A DNA stretch of 63,163 nt, filler included, from Choristocarpus tenellus KU-1152 (Eukaryota; Protista; Phaeophyceae), in NCBI GenBank assembly GCA_964200185.2. It is 10 parts of 10 records of this genome, joined end to end, with 100 filler letters (N's around TTAATTAATTAA, not from the genome) between each part and the next. Parts side by side here need not be neighbours in the genome. Positions count along the whole stretch, not along the records: positions 1 to 3,702 come from CAXNAD020018425.1; positions 3,803 to 7,752 come from CAXNAD020016985.1; positions 7,853 to 19,682 come from CAXNAD020002115.1; 7 more parts are not named here. One strand, written 5' to 3'. Every line of letters starts with the position of its first letter. Position 1 is the first letter of the stretch. A program made the translations under genes and the position numbers. Of the stretch, positions 1 to 11,300 are shown in pieces. The notes beneath the pieces were generated by a model. That model was not told the DNA's origin. It ran no database searches and saw only the letters and a list, made by a program, of their open reading frames with translations.

Positions 1-26
1 CCCCCCCCTCCCAGATACTTTGGGTC

Positions 27-234
27 GCTTGGCTTCCCATGGGTTTTTTTCAGACATTTTACTACTCCAAAATGTTTCGGAGTAGGTAAAATGTATACGT
101 TATGAAAAGGTGTGTCCAGAACATGGATATTGACACTTCCCAACAAACACATGGGCTAAAATTATATCAAAATCTCAACATTGGGTTTTGGCCCCCAAAT
201 GGACGCGACTCTACCCTCTAAGATACTTTGACTC
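27..234 (+). mobile_element. MITE family A, 5'-truncated by a family B insertion (B right end at 1-26)
   Basis: Matches the internal and right-end sequence of the copies at 20830 and 40299 (ends TACCCTCTAAGATACTTTGACTC). It is preceded directly by the B-type end CCCAGATACTTTGGGTC. Confidence 0.9.
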
Positions 235-237
235 GGA

Positions 238-1496
238 ACGCGGATATCGGAGAACACGAACTTCGTCCTTGGGTTTCGTTCTGCTCTTGATGGGAGAATG
301 TATGCATCACCGGTTCCAAACTACGGTGGAACTGGTGACCACCATGCCTCTCTGATTTTGATGCAAATGTGTGATTTCGGAATGATATGGTGACCATATG
401 CTTCGCTATGCCTAGTCTTCAAGCACTAATCCTTCCTTCAGGTAATTACAGAACACACAGTCTACATTGGAGTGTGTCTTGCTGCAACGGAGGCCTGGTC
501 TTGCCTTTGGGATGTCCTGGGGTCTACCCCTCTGGAGTCCACGAGTTCATTCCCGTTGTTAGCGAGATCTCCTAGTGGCTGGCGGGTCGTCATCGTACAT
601 CTGCGGTGCGATGGGTGTGGTCCTCTCGAAGAACTGCGACAACGATTCCTCTATATTGTCCAGGCCGGTTGGTTTGTTGTGGACAGAGTGAGTGAGTGTA
701 GTGTTTGTCGCATATGTGGTTTGGGGAACGTTTTTTTGTTATGCACTATAATATAATTCTACTAAACTGTTAATATATGAGAAAAAAGATGCAACCTCAA
801 AGTTTTGACCCTCTCGCACTAGTGAAGAAATAGCGAATAGGGAGTTACATACATACATATATATGTGTGTGTGTCTGTGTATTTGTTATAGTTGAACCAA
901 GTTGTGGAGATACATAGACATATATCAATATATCCGTAAAGAGAGAAAAATTCGCCTTGTTAAATCTCCTTTTTTATTGCCGAGGAAAAGGAACACCCCA
1001 ACTAACCTTTCATTACCACAATAAAACTACTATTATTTTATAGGAGTACAAGATGCCATTAAGGCGGTTGTTCTTGTGTTGATTATTGTACAGTTGTTAT
1101 AAAACCGAAAAAAAGAATAGCTTAAAAGGACCATACCTTCTTGGTCAAGAGAGGATAGGTGTGCATCCCTTCCATGAGAATCGGACTCGTCTGTCACTAT
1201 ATCCCTGTGTACTGTACGTGACGCTGAATACCGGGCGTGTCGGAAGGTAAAAATACGACAAGACTTCCGCTTCGTGCAGGGTGATCAGGTGCGTACGGCT
1301 CAAGGACGATGTGAACCGACCACGACATGCCATCCTCGCTTGGCCTGACTCGATGCGCAAAACATTCTATCTCTCCTTCTGTTTGTTTCTCCTGTCCCAT
1401 TTCCAACGTGCCCACCCGATGCAGACATCCCGCAGTCAACTGAGAGGCTTAGTCCAACTAACGGACACCGCAATGCCTCCAAAGGGATCCAGAAGG
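238..1496 (+). CDS. Possible spliced gene fragment of unknown product (putative exons about 238-388, 442-687, 1426-1495)
   Basis: Open frames bounded by CAG acceptors and GTGAG donors (e.g. VITEHTVYIGVCLAATEAW...GWFVVDR|GTGAGT). No recognisable homology. Confidence 0.25.
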
Positions 1497-1689
1497 TGAG
1501 TCCCCATACAAGAAACGTTCACCCTTCGTGCAGCCTACACTGGAGCGTCTCTGAATGACCAATATTGCAAACACACCGTCATGATTTCGCGCCTTTGGCG
1601 GATGTTGCAGCTATCGTCCATTCAAGTAGCATGTATTAGCATGTGGCTGACATGATAGTGTACCCAAGTGGTTGCATTTGTTACTCTTA

Positions 1690-2612
1690 CAACCATGTAC
1701 ACACCAGCTGCAGATGGTGGTGTCACCAGCATACATAAACCCGATACCCTGTATTTATTTGTGTTTCCAACCGTGTACACACCACCTGTCAGCAGTAGTA
1801 ATACCAATATTTTCAGATTCGATGCCCTGTTTTTATTTGCATATCCAACCGTGTACACACTGACTGCCAGCAGTGGTAATACCAATATTTTCAAATTCAA
1901 TACTCTGTATTTATTTGCGTTTCCAACCGTGTACACACCACCTGTCAGCAGTGGTAATACCAATATTTCAGATGCGATACCCTGTATTTATTTGCGTTTT
2001 AAATCGTGTGCACATCACCTGTCAGCAGTGGTAATACCAACATTTTCAGATTCGATGCCCTGTGTTTTTTGCGTTTTCAACCGTGTACACACCAGCTGTC
2101 AGTAGTGGTAATACCAACATGTTCAGATTCGATGCCCTGTATTTTTTTTCATTTGCAACCGCGTGCACACCAACTGCTGCCAACAGTGGTAATACCAGCA
2201 ATTTCGAACTCAGTACCCTGTATTTATTACCTTTAAAACCGTGTACTCACCAGCTGCCAGCAGTGGTACTACCAGCTTTTTCAGATTCGATACCCTGTTT
2301 TTATTTGCATTTCCAACCGTGTATACACCAGCTGCCAGCAGTGATAATACCAACATTTTCAGATTCGACGCCCTGTTTTTATTTGTGTTTCCAACCGTGT
2401 ACACACCACCTGTCAGCAGGGATAGTACCAGCATTTTCAAATTCGATACCCTGTATTTGATGCATTTATGACTGTGTACTCACTAGCTTCAGATTGTGGT
2501 GTCACGAACATTTTCAAATCCGATGCCATATATTTATTACCTGTACAACCGTGTACACACCAGCTGTCAGCCGTGGTAACACCAGCTTTTTCAGATTCAA
2601 TGCTCTACATTA
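1690..2612. repeat. Tandem minisatellite, about 78-bp unit, about 12 copies
   Basis: CCGTGTACACACCA.CTG.CAGCAGTGGTAATACCAA.ATTTTCAGATTCGAT.CCCTGT.TTTATTTG recurs at 1771, 1849, 1927 and onward. It generates the repetitive ORFs in the track (TVYTPPVSSGNTNIFRFDALFLF). Confidence 0.95.
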
Positions 2613-2614
2613 CA

Positions 2615-2845
2615 GGGCACGACCTTTTGACTGGTTTTCCTTTGGGGCTTGGCTGCCCACGGGTTTTGAACGATATTGTACTTACTCCAAAATGTTTTGG
2701 AGAAGTGCAATGTCTGCACTATGGAAAGGAGCGTCCGGAAAAAGGACATTGACATCTTCAAACAATAATGATGGCAAGAATTACAGGAAAAATGCGACAT
2801 TTGACTTCGGCCGCCAAATGGACACGGCCCTACCCCTAAGATATG
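2615..2845 (+). mobile_element. Diverged MITE family A copy
   Basis: Contains TTTGGGGCTTGGCTGCCCA, TACTCCAAAATGTT and CCAAATGGACACGGCCCTACCCCTAAGATA, collinear with the family A copies. Confidence 0.75.
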
Positions 2846-3221
2846 TCCACCAGCACCAATAATACCATCCCTAACCCTAACCAAAATAAATCACCCACAT
2901 TTTGAACACTAATCCCAATCCGCCGTTTACAGATTTCACCTCGCATCAAACATGTCAACATAGAATTAATTCAACGACTTTAATCTGAAATGGCTACAGC
3001 GAATTTGACCGAACTTTTTTCCGAAATTGGAACATGTGTTGCAGCCACATATGTTGGGAGCAATTAGACAACTGTTCCGGTTTAGAAGCAAGATTCGATG
3101 ATGCAATTTCGCGCACCACAACATCCGTCTGTCCAGGGTGACGTGGTGACACCTTCGATACGCACAAGTAAGGGCTTCGATACCATTGGAACATTTCCGA
3201 TAGGGTTCACATCGGAAATGG

Positions 3222-3628
3222 ACATACACCCCCCCAATAGTCTTGCCACGTTTTGGATATTGATGGCCTTTACCGTTCGAAGAACACATGAAACTCATTC
3301 ATCACTGTCTGCCATATGTCATACATAAACCTGTGCATGGTTGCCCTCCTGACATCTAACTCGGGTTGGTGCGTAAATTCCTTTCATGTTCGCCTTTCTC
3401 TTTCTAGATTCGGCATAATGTTTTCCTTCTCAGGATTACTGTTTCAAATCGACACACACACCCCCAACAGTCTTGCCGCGCTTTGGATGTTGATTGCCTT
3501 TACCGTTCGACAGAATACATGAAACTCATTAATCACTGTCTGCCCCATGTCAATCATAAACCTGTGCATGGTTGCCCTCCTGACATCTAACGCAGTTCGG
3601 TGCGTAAATTCCCTTCGTGTTCACCTTT
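3222..3628. repeat. Direct duplication, about 170-bp core, period about 230 bp
   Basis: CACACCCCC.A.AGTCTTGCC...CATAAACCTGTGCATGGTTGCCCTCCTGACATCTAAC...TGCGTAAATTCC is present at about 3225-3395 and about 3455-3625. Confidence 0.85.
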
Positions 3629-3702
3629 TGTGCAAATTACCTTGGGAGGTAATGCTATTTGTTACTAGTGAAGATAAGAAGGTATGAAGCCTCACACGAC
3701 CC

Positions 3703-3802
3703 NNNNNNNNNNNNNNNNNNNNNNNNNNNNNNNNNNNNNNNNNNNNTTAATTAATTAANNNNNNNNNNNNNNNNNNNNNNNNNNNNNNNNNNNNNNNNNN
3801 NN
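3703..3802. other. Artificial contig-joining linker N44-TTAATTAATTAA-N44 (also at 7753-7852, 19683-19782, 24591-24690, 29652-29751, 33091-33190, 35780-35879, 52572-52671, 57965-58064)
   Basis: An identical 100-nt N-padded linker with stops in all six frames occurs 9 times, so the window is 10 concatenated contigs. Confidence 0.98.
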
Positions 3803-4495
3803 CGATGGGGAAATCGGTATCTGGCCAATCGTGGACACTAAGGTCGCTCAGCACTCCAGCAAACACCACCCCAATGCCACCAAGGTGCTTGTGCCAGTCA
3901 AGATGAATGGGGAGAGGTATAAGAAGCTCATGATCGAGGATGCCACCCCAGCAATCAAGTCTCGCATGCATAAGCTGGAAGGACACACCATCTTCGTGCA
4001 CAGGACAGGGCCAAGTCACACACCAAGGGGGCAATCATGGAGGTGACGGGGAATGACATTGACTTAGAGACCCAGTCAGTCAACTCACCTGACCTCAACG
4101 TCAACGACTATGATCCTTCGTTCCGTCCAGCAACTGAAGGAAGACCTGGGGGCGACCAACACAGAGGAGCTGGTGTAGGTCACAATGAAGGCGTTCGGGA
4201 GACACTAGAGAGCGTCTGGCAGGGCCAAGAGTGAAGCGCTGGGGTCCAAGGGTGACAATATCGTCAAAATTCCCTATCTTAACAAGGAAAAGGCTGAGAA
4301 GGTGGGCAAGCTCCCCCCCCAATGCCCCCAGTGGATGTGGAGAAACACTGTGCTGGAATGGAGTTTTCGAGGGCTTAGGAGGCGTAATCATACATAGGTG
4401 TAGACTGTCGCTTGTTTGAGATATTGGTGTGCAACCTTTTAATGTCTTCACATGACACCCATAAAATATTAACATATGAATAAAACATTGCTTAT
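3803..4495 (+). mobile_element. Tc1/mariner (plant/oomycete-type DDxD) transposase remnant, 3' part, frameshifted
   Basis: Peptides DGEIGIWPIVDTKVAQHSSK, PAIKSRM and QSVNSPDLNVND. Homologous to the element at 13900-15560, including its 3' UTR. Confidence 0.88.
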
Positions 4496-4899
4496 TCATG
4501 TGAGCTACAAAAAGTTATAGTCCATTTAATTCCGAACGGAGGTTGTAGATATAAAAAGGGAGACAAAATAGGAAAAACATGAAGTAATACAAAAGAAAAA
4601 TAGTAATAATGGGAAGAAACATTAAGCAAAGAAAATAAGAACTCGGAAAAGGGTAAGAGTCTAACGGAAACAAAATAAACGGAGAAAATACAAAACAAGT
4701 ATTAAAAACTAGATTAATAAATATGAAAATCGAAAGGACACAAATAACAACAATGGGGAAAAGAAAAAGGCAAAGAGGGCAAAAAACGAACGAGAAAATA
4801 CAAAAGAGTAAAAATATGGAAAAAGACAAAAATGTATATATCCAGAAAAACATTTTTTTTTAGAAATGACATTGAATCTCGCATACATACGTTACATTG

Positions 4900-7100
4900 A
4901 CTAGTGATACCAACCCCAGCATAAACTTGTCCCGTTCATCTTCAACAGTCAATTGTATCACCTACACATAATCCCGTCTACTACTTCAGATATATTTCTT
5001 ACTCCATTTCATCAACTCTCAACCAAGAGGAAAACAGACGATACCAGCACCATGAATCTGGTCTTCACAGACACGACACATGCCTCCTCCAAACGTGGGT
5101 ACACAATAAACAGTCAAAGCACCATATATCTAGAAACGGGTAACAGAAAAAATATGAAGATTGGTTTATCTGTTGATGATGAGTGAGATGTTTTGCAAGA
5201 CCTTGTTCTTATCCATATTATTTCCTTCTTGTTGTCAATTTATCACTGAATTGAGGATTACTAGTCTCTTTCCTTCTCTATTGTCATGCCAATTATATTC
5301 TTGCAGGCTGTGATAAATTATCTAGCACTTTCATCTCTAAGCAAGAACCTCAACCTTGCAAGTTTCTCTCTTTGTACAGGTACCGATTGTAGTTTGATGC
5401 CCCCTGAAAAGGATGGTGAGATGAACCTGATGCACAGTTTGCAATAAAAATACACAGATAGAAGTATGGCCAAACCTCATTGAAACATTTCTGACGAAGA
5501 ATTAGGAGTACTTCATCTCTCTCTCTCTGTGCTATTTATGGACATTTTGAGAAAATCACTCACTCTTAGCTGAAAAAGAAAGCTACTTCTGTGAGTGGGG
5601 GCGGTTGGGGTACAACAATTTACGGGAAAGATTCGTTCGATTTCTTAGTAACATCTTGTTCTTAGTCCCATATAATACACGTCATGGTCAATTTGTCATG
5701 TTAGGGGATGAGTGTATCGAAGCACTGAACAGAGATTCAAAAACAGTCCATCCATCCATATTGATTGGTTGTTGTACACATAACTTGGAAATATCTGTGA
5801 TATTCATGGGCGGGGGGTACCAGCTTCAAAGGTCAGAGGAATTATCCTTATGTTTCCTGTTTCCTTAGAAAGAGATTAACTGACGTCATCAAGTACTATT
5901 AATGAAAAAAACATTGTTGTTGTTGTGAGGCTCGTTCTCTCAAAAATCTCTGGTATTTTCTGGGAAACAATCGATTCACTATATATAGTAGTAACTACAT
6001 TTGAATACTATTCCTCTTTTCTCTTTGTGGATAATGAGATATAGAGTATATATTCTTGTATTCATCAAGTATATATTAGAGTTTTTGGATAGAGGTACCA
6101 TTTGTTAAAGTCTACACAAGAACTTTGTTCTATACAGAATATATTGAATATATTGATGATGGGTAAATCTGAAACTCAAAACAGAAACAACCTATTATTC
6201 TGTATGTAGAACAGATAGAGAGAAACTTCCACAAAAGAACTTGCTTACTTTTTGACATTGATCCTTAGTAAGGAAGTGGGGTAGACACACTTTGTACTTG
6301 GATGGGATACAAGTGAAATGATCTAGGAAAGAAAATAATCCCATATCAACAGTCCATGGTAATACGATACCTACATCTATATCGTTTGGAATTTCCTACT
6401 TTCATCGATCTATATATAACTGCTACTTCATACGAGGTACAAATTTGCTTCGTACAACATATTTAGATTTCCTCACGCATTCTGTATTCATTGAATTGCC
6501 TTTCGTTCTAGGATTCAATCCACTCTCCACCTGCTCAACTAATATAACGCCAGTTCTTCCTTCTTTCCCCTCACTATCCTTGCTCCCCCACCACTATGCG
6601 CCCAAATTAGCATTTCCAGTCAACATCCACCCCAGCAACCTCCACGTACCCACTGACCAACTATTAAAAATCACTCTTCGCCACTAGCTTCCAAACATCC
6701 CCCAATGCCACCTCGCTATGCATAATATCCAGTGACCAAACACTGCAAACAATCTCCGACACTGATTTGTAGTCGCCAATCAATGCGGCCAATTCCAATG
6801 ACCAATCAATGCAGACGATCTTCGCAACTGACTTTCAGTCAACGACCAGTGCGACAACTCTACCCTACTAGTTTCTAGTCATCAATTAATACAGAACATT
6901 CCTGCGAATAATTCCACCTCCCTCCACTCCACTCTACGACACTCCACCATACCCCACCACACTCTACGATAATCAACCTTCCCAAACAACACTTTTCGCC
7001 ACTTTGAACAACATCAAAACGTTGTCCACTTAACCACACCACATAAAACAACTCCACAAGACTCGAAAGCAAATTATAGGATAGGGCCGCGACTGGTGTT
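4900..7100 (-). mobile_element. Highly degenerate non-LTR retrotransposon relic (extent uncertain)
   Basis: Minus-strand CRVCEDQIH (zinc-knuckle-like, about 5050-5085) followed by EDERDKFMLGLVSL*, resembling LINE ORF2 C-termini. The upstream sequence is stop-ridden with no splice pattern. Confidence 0.3.
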
Positions 7101-7903
7101 CAAAATACGATGTTGTGACTTAGATCAAATTTTCTCTATCCTGTCGGTTAGAAAATGTAATATCCCTTCACCTGGACAAACCTTCCATAGACGAATCCTC
7201 ACTTCACTCCTACGGAATGTTTCGAAAACGAGAAAAAAGAAAAATCAACAATAGCTGGAGAGATCTGAAAAAAAGGGCAAACGTCCTATACAAATAAAGA
7301 TTCCGCACCAACATCTCACATTCAACAAGAAACACCTCTCCATCATGAGTGAATCAGTACCATTGTCCGTATCGATATCACTATCAACATCGTCACCAAC
7401 ATCAACGTCAATATCGATGTCGGTATAACCATGCCTGCAATTTCCCTGCAGTGCGGATTTGATTCGATTGACGACCTCCAGCTCAGGTCTAGAGCTTCGC
7501 ATGGACCTATAGCTGCAGCAACGGACAGAGCTAGGGTTTGGGCTAAGGTTTAGGCTACGACAGGAGATACGACCAGAGCTGCGATATGGCCTAGGGTTAG
7601 TCCTGATCACGAGCAATTTCAGATAGACGGCACCCATACAGTTGATTGCATTGGTCGTTTATGTATTTTTGGTGTTGGCACCTGCAGCAAAAATACAAGC
7701 AAAACAAAATAGAGAGAGAAATGTGCCACAGTACCTGCTCTGTACGTGCGTANNNNNNNNNNNNNNNNNNNNNNNNNNNNNNNNNNNNNNNNNNNNTTAA
7801 TTAATTAANNNNNNNNNNNNNNNNNNNNNNNNNNNNNNNNNNNNNNNNNNNNTTTTGACTGCGGCAGAGGCCACAGGGGTTGACTCTCTTATTGCGGGAA
7901 AAT

Positions 7904-8100
7904 GGCTCAAAGTATCTGGGGGGGGGGGGGTCTACACCAGGGTGTCAATTTGGGCCATGATCAGGAAAAGTGCACGTACATTATCCATCCGACGTATGCA
8001 ACCAAATCACCTTAAAATCGCAACATGAAAAAATTGACCCCAAATGGACAGCCACCACCACCACCACCACCACCACCACCACCCCCGAATATGTTTCATT
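7904..8100 (+). mobile_element. MITE family B (right end degenerate, CCA microsatellite expansion)
   Basis: GGCTCAAAGTATCTGGGG...TCTACACCAGGGTGTC...ATTATCCATCCGACGTATGCAACCAAATCACC...CCAAATGGACAGCC, as in the other B copies. Confidence 0.88.
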
Positions 8101-8378
8101 CCTAAGGACTCCGAAATTGCCACTCGCTAACCAAAGTTTCAGATTGCTCGATACACACAGTTCAAAGTGCTCCGTAAATCACTTGCCCCTAAAAGATCCC
8201 ACGCAATTTCCGATGCGTTCTCCCACAAAGCATTTCTTGCGCACACCCCATTAGAAGAGGGGAAGGGATAAGCATACTGTCACCTCCATCTGCCCCTCGA
8301 TGTTATTAGCCATACATACAAATTTATGATTTGTCCTTGTTTCTGCTCCTTCGACTTCACTGCTGTGATGCTTGAAAG

Positions 8379-11300
8379 GTGGGCCAGTACAACAGGGCAT
8401 TTGCCAAACAACGTTGTGCAGCTGTGGATAAGGACCTTAAGGCTAATGGATCAGGTCTCACAGTGGCTTCTGCCAGGAAGTGGTACATGGAAGGTGCCGT
8501 TACTCTCCCTTCTTATAAGAATTGTGTTGTCTTGCAGACCTGTTCCTGTTGTCTCAGTATGTGTATTTTCACCGAATCTTGCCCTATCAGTATCCCCAAT
8601 AACCTCACTTCAAATCTCCAGACGAAGAGGTATTATCTTTTATGACTCAGAGTATCTAATCTAGCATTTCTTTCTGCAGGTACTTACTATACGGCAGTGT
8701 CCCATACATGTTATCATGGATACATGAAGGTGGTGATCAGGATAGTATGGTTCCAGAGATTGGATTTCATTGTAATAATTCTTAGACACTAGCATAACTC
8801 CGATGCAAACTCTTCTTCAGAAGCTAGAGCGTTTGTTAATGTTGAGCATTTTGTTGCTCTTGCAAACTAGTTCATAGCTTTATAGTAACTACTAGGGCAA
8901 GGGCCTTGAATTTGGACATGTTGGAGATGTCCTGCAGATAGTGTCACCCTCGCAACAAGCAGATGAAAAACCATGAGATATCTTGACCACTGGTTCATGT
9001 CCATCCTGACCTGATTAGCAAGAATGCTCAATGTCAGGTGAGAAATGGAAGCGCGGTATGCGAACAAAGAACTCAGCCAAACTATCTGAATTTTCTGGAT
9101 GGATGGCAGACTTTGATCCTGCTCATCACTCTCTCGAGGTCCCAGGGCAGTATGGGGGGCTGCCCAATGCACCCCCTTGTGTGTCACAGCACTCCCGGAT
9201 TGTCAGGTGAGGGATCATTTGAAGGTCGACTCTACCTTTGGATCTCCACCCGATACTTAGGTCCATATCTTGGAACTCGGTTGGGGGGAAGATATTGTTG
9301 AAAGCTGAGAACGTGAACCCATGTGCCCTGCTTTCCCTGCCTAACTCCAACGGGTACTACAAACTGACCCGTTACATATCTCCTCCAACTCTACCCAGCT
9401 TTGGGAGTGAGGTTCTTGTGATGCGTTCTATGCGTTTTCCCAAGAGACTCACCATCCATGCTGATGATGAGCGGGACCACATGTTCCTGGTGAGTTAAGA
9501 CATGCATCCCAGGTGTCTGGTAGGAGATTGAACGAAAAGGATATATGAAGGTATGGAAAGTGCTGTTGGTGGTCACAACAACAACCAAAAGCAAACATAT
9601 GAGTAGAAACAATAGGGGAAAACTTGGGGTACTAAGTGCTTTGTACTTCAAAATATTTTGATGCCTATTCCCCTTTTTATGTACAACTGGCAAGTGTTAC
9701 ACAGCCAACTTAAATGAAATCAATATCCACTATCACTCAGACCCAGTGCCAACCTCAATTCCGTTACAAATTCGCAAAACTAAACATATCCTTGAATTTT
9801 GAACTTTTCCTGGAATCTTTGTGCTCAATCTTGATCTGGACCTGGATACTTCACGACCAACCCGTGATAATGATGTCCTGAGTAGGTGAAGGGCGGAGAG
9901 GATCTTCGACTGGATGAGCGCGTAGAACAAGTGTTTGACGTCATGAACTCCCTCCTGGCTTTGTCAGCCTCCTGTGCTCGCTCCTGCCTCTCCAACCGGA
10001 CATACAAGGTAAGGAACGTATGTGTCGTGGGGGAGGGTTAAACGTGTGCAAAATGTGTGGATGAAGGTAAATGGGATGCGTTAATGATGGCATGGAAGGG
10101 AGAAGAAACAGTCCCCCCCATACATCTAGGGTATAAAAGGCGTGAGAGTAGTGAGTAGCAACCATACACATTTAGGATATTATATACTCAGTACTTCAAA
10201 AAATATTTAAATAGCACTTGGAATCAACTGCAGAGAAGCTTGTGGATGTCTATTTCGCGATTCATGACCTACCTTTACTCTGGAATGCATACAAATGGAT
10301 GCGAAAGTGGTCAATATAGCTCACTTAAGTATAGCTCATTGTGGGGTGTACAACTTGATGGTGCTGGCTTCCATAGTTTTGTTGCACAAGGTTTTCCACA
10401 TGCTATTGAAAAATTATTGGATATAATCGTTTGGGTATTGTGTGTAGGCATTGTTAGTGTACATTCCATGAGACCTAGTCCTAATGATATGTACTGAGTT
10501 TGTGTGCAGAGCGCTTACATCATAGAATTATAGACCAGTAGCCGGGTTGGGTTGGCAAACACCATACCCCCAAAAGCAGTCATGAGTAGGAACTGGGGCT
10601 GGTGTGTAAAAGCAGATAATATAGCCATTGGCCAATGTCTCCCGAAATGTCAAAATAACATGCCAACAAACATGCACTCCTCCTGCAACATACGTATTTT
10701 TCATCACACTTTGCTGAAACGAAAAAATGGAAAGGTGGTTCCTATGACAACTGATATAGGGTTGATTGAATGGGTGAAGGACACAAGGCCTCTGAAGGGT
10801 GTTATTGAAGCTGGACTCGGAGGGAGGGAGCTCTCCAAATTGGAGGCGCACAAGCACTATATCAAGTGAGCACACAAAGACAGTTGGATTGGTAGCACTT
10901 GGTAAATCTCAAGTATGCCTCCATGGTAGTGTTAAACATCCTCAAGTTCAATACCAGTTCATCCAAACCTTTGTTATAACCCTACTTTTGTTTATGTGGA
11001 TGGTCAGTCCCGTATCACAGGAGGTTTCCTGGTCAGTTGTTGAAGCGGAGTTGTTGCCAGGGATTTTGAACTATTCATGCATACCAAGAGCAGCTTCCCC
11101 AGTGACGTCCCTCACAGAAGAGGTCTATCCATGCTGCGAGGGAAGCTATCCTGTGAAGCTTTGATTTTAGTACATTCCAATGTTGCCTCAATTGATAGCG
11201 CAGGAGGATGATGACAATAAGCGAATAATATTTTTCCTTGCTGCAAATCCTAATATGATGGGATGAACTGCTGAAGTACCATGCAGTGTGATACTTACTC

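Noticed and set aside
1690-2612. CRISPR-like array
   Set aside because: Units are homologous along their full length with no unique spacers, the context is eukaryotic and no cas genes are present.
3703-3802. Recurrent palindromic TTAATTAATTAA between N runs
   Set aside because: Artificial concatenation linker, not biological. For the same reason, apparent clustering of DNA-PKcs, transposases and SPT6 is not real synteny.
4500-4860. Hydrophobic F/L-rich minus-strand ORFs (also 59825-60051)
   Set aside because: Translation artefacts of A-rich low-complexity sequence.
7245-7690. Minus-strand 130-aa ORF or exon
   Set aside because: Frames from the candidate acceptor hit stops, the sequence is low-complexity and no homology is recognisable.
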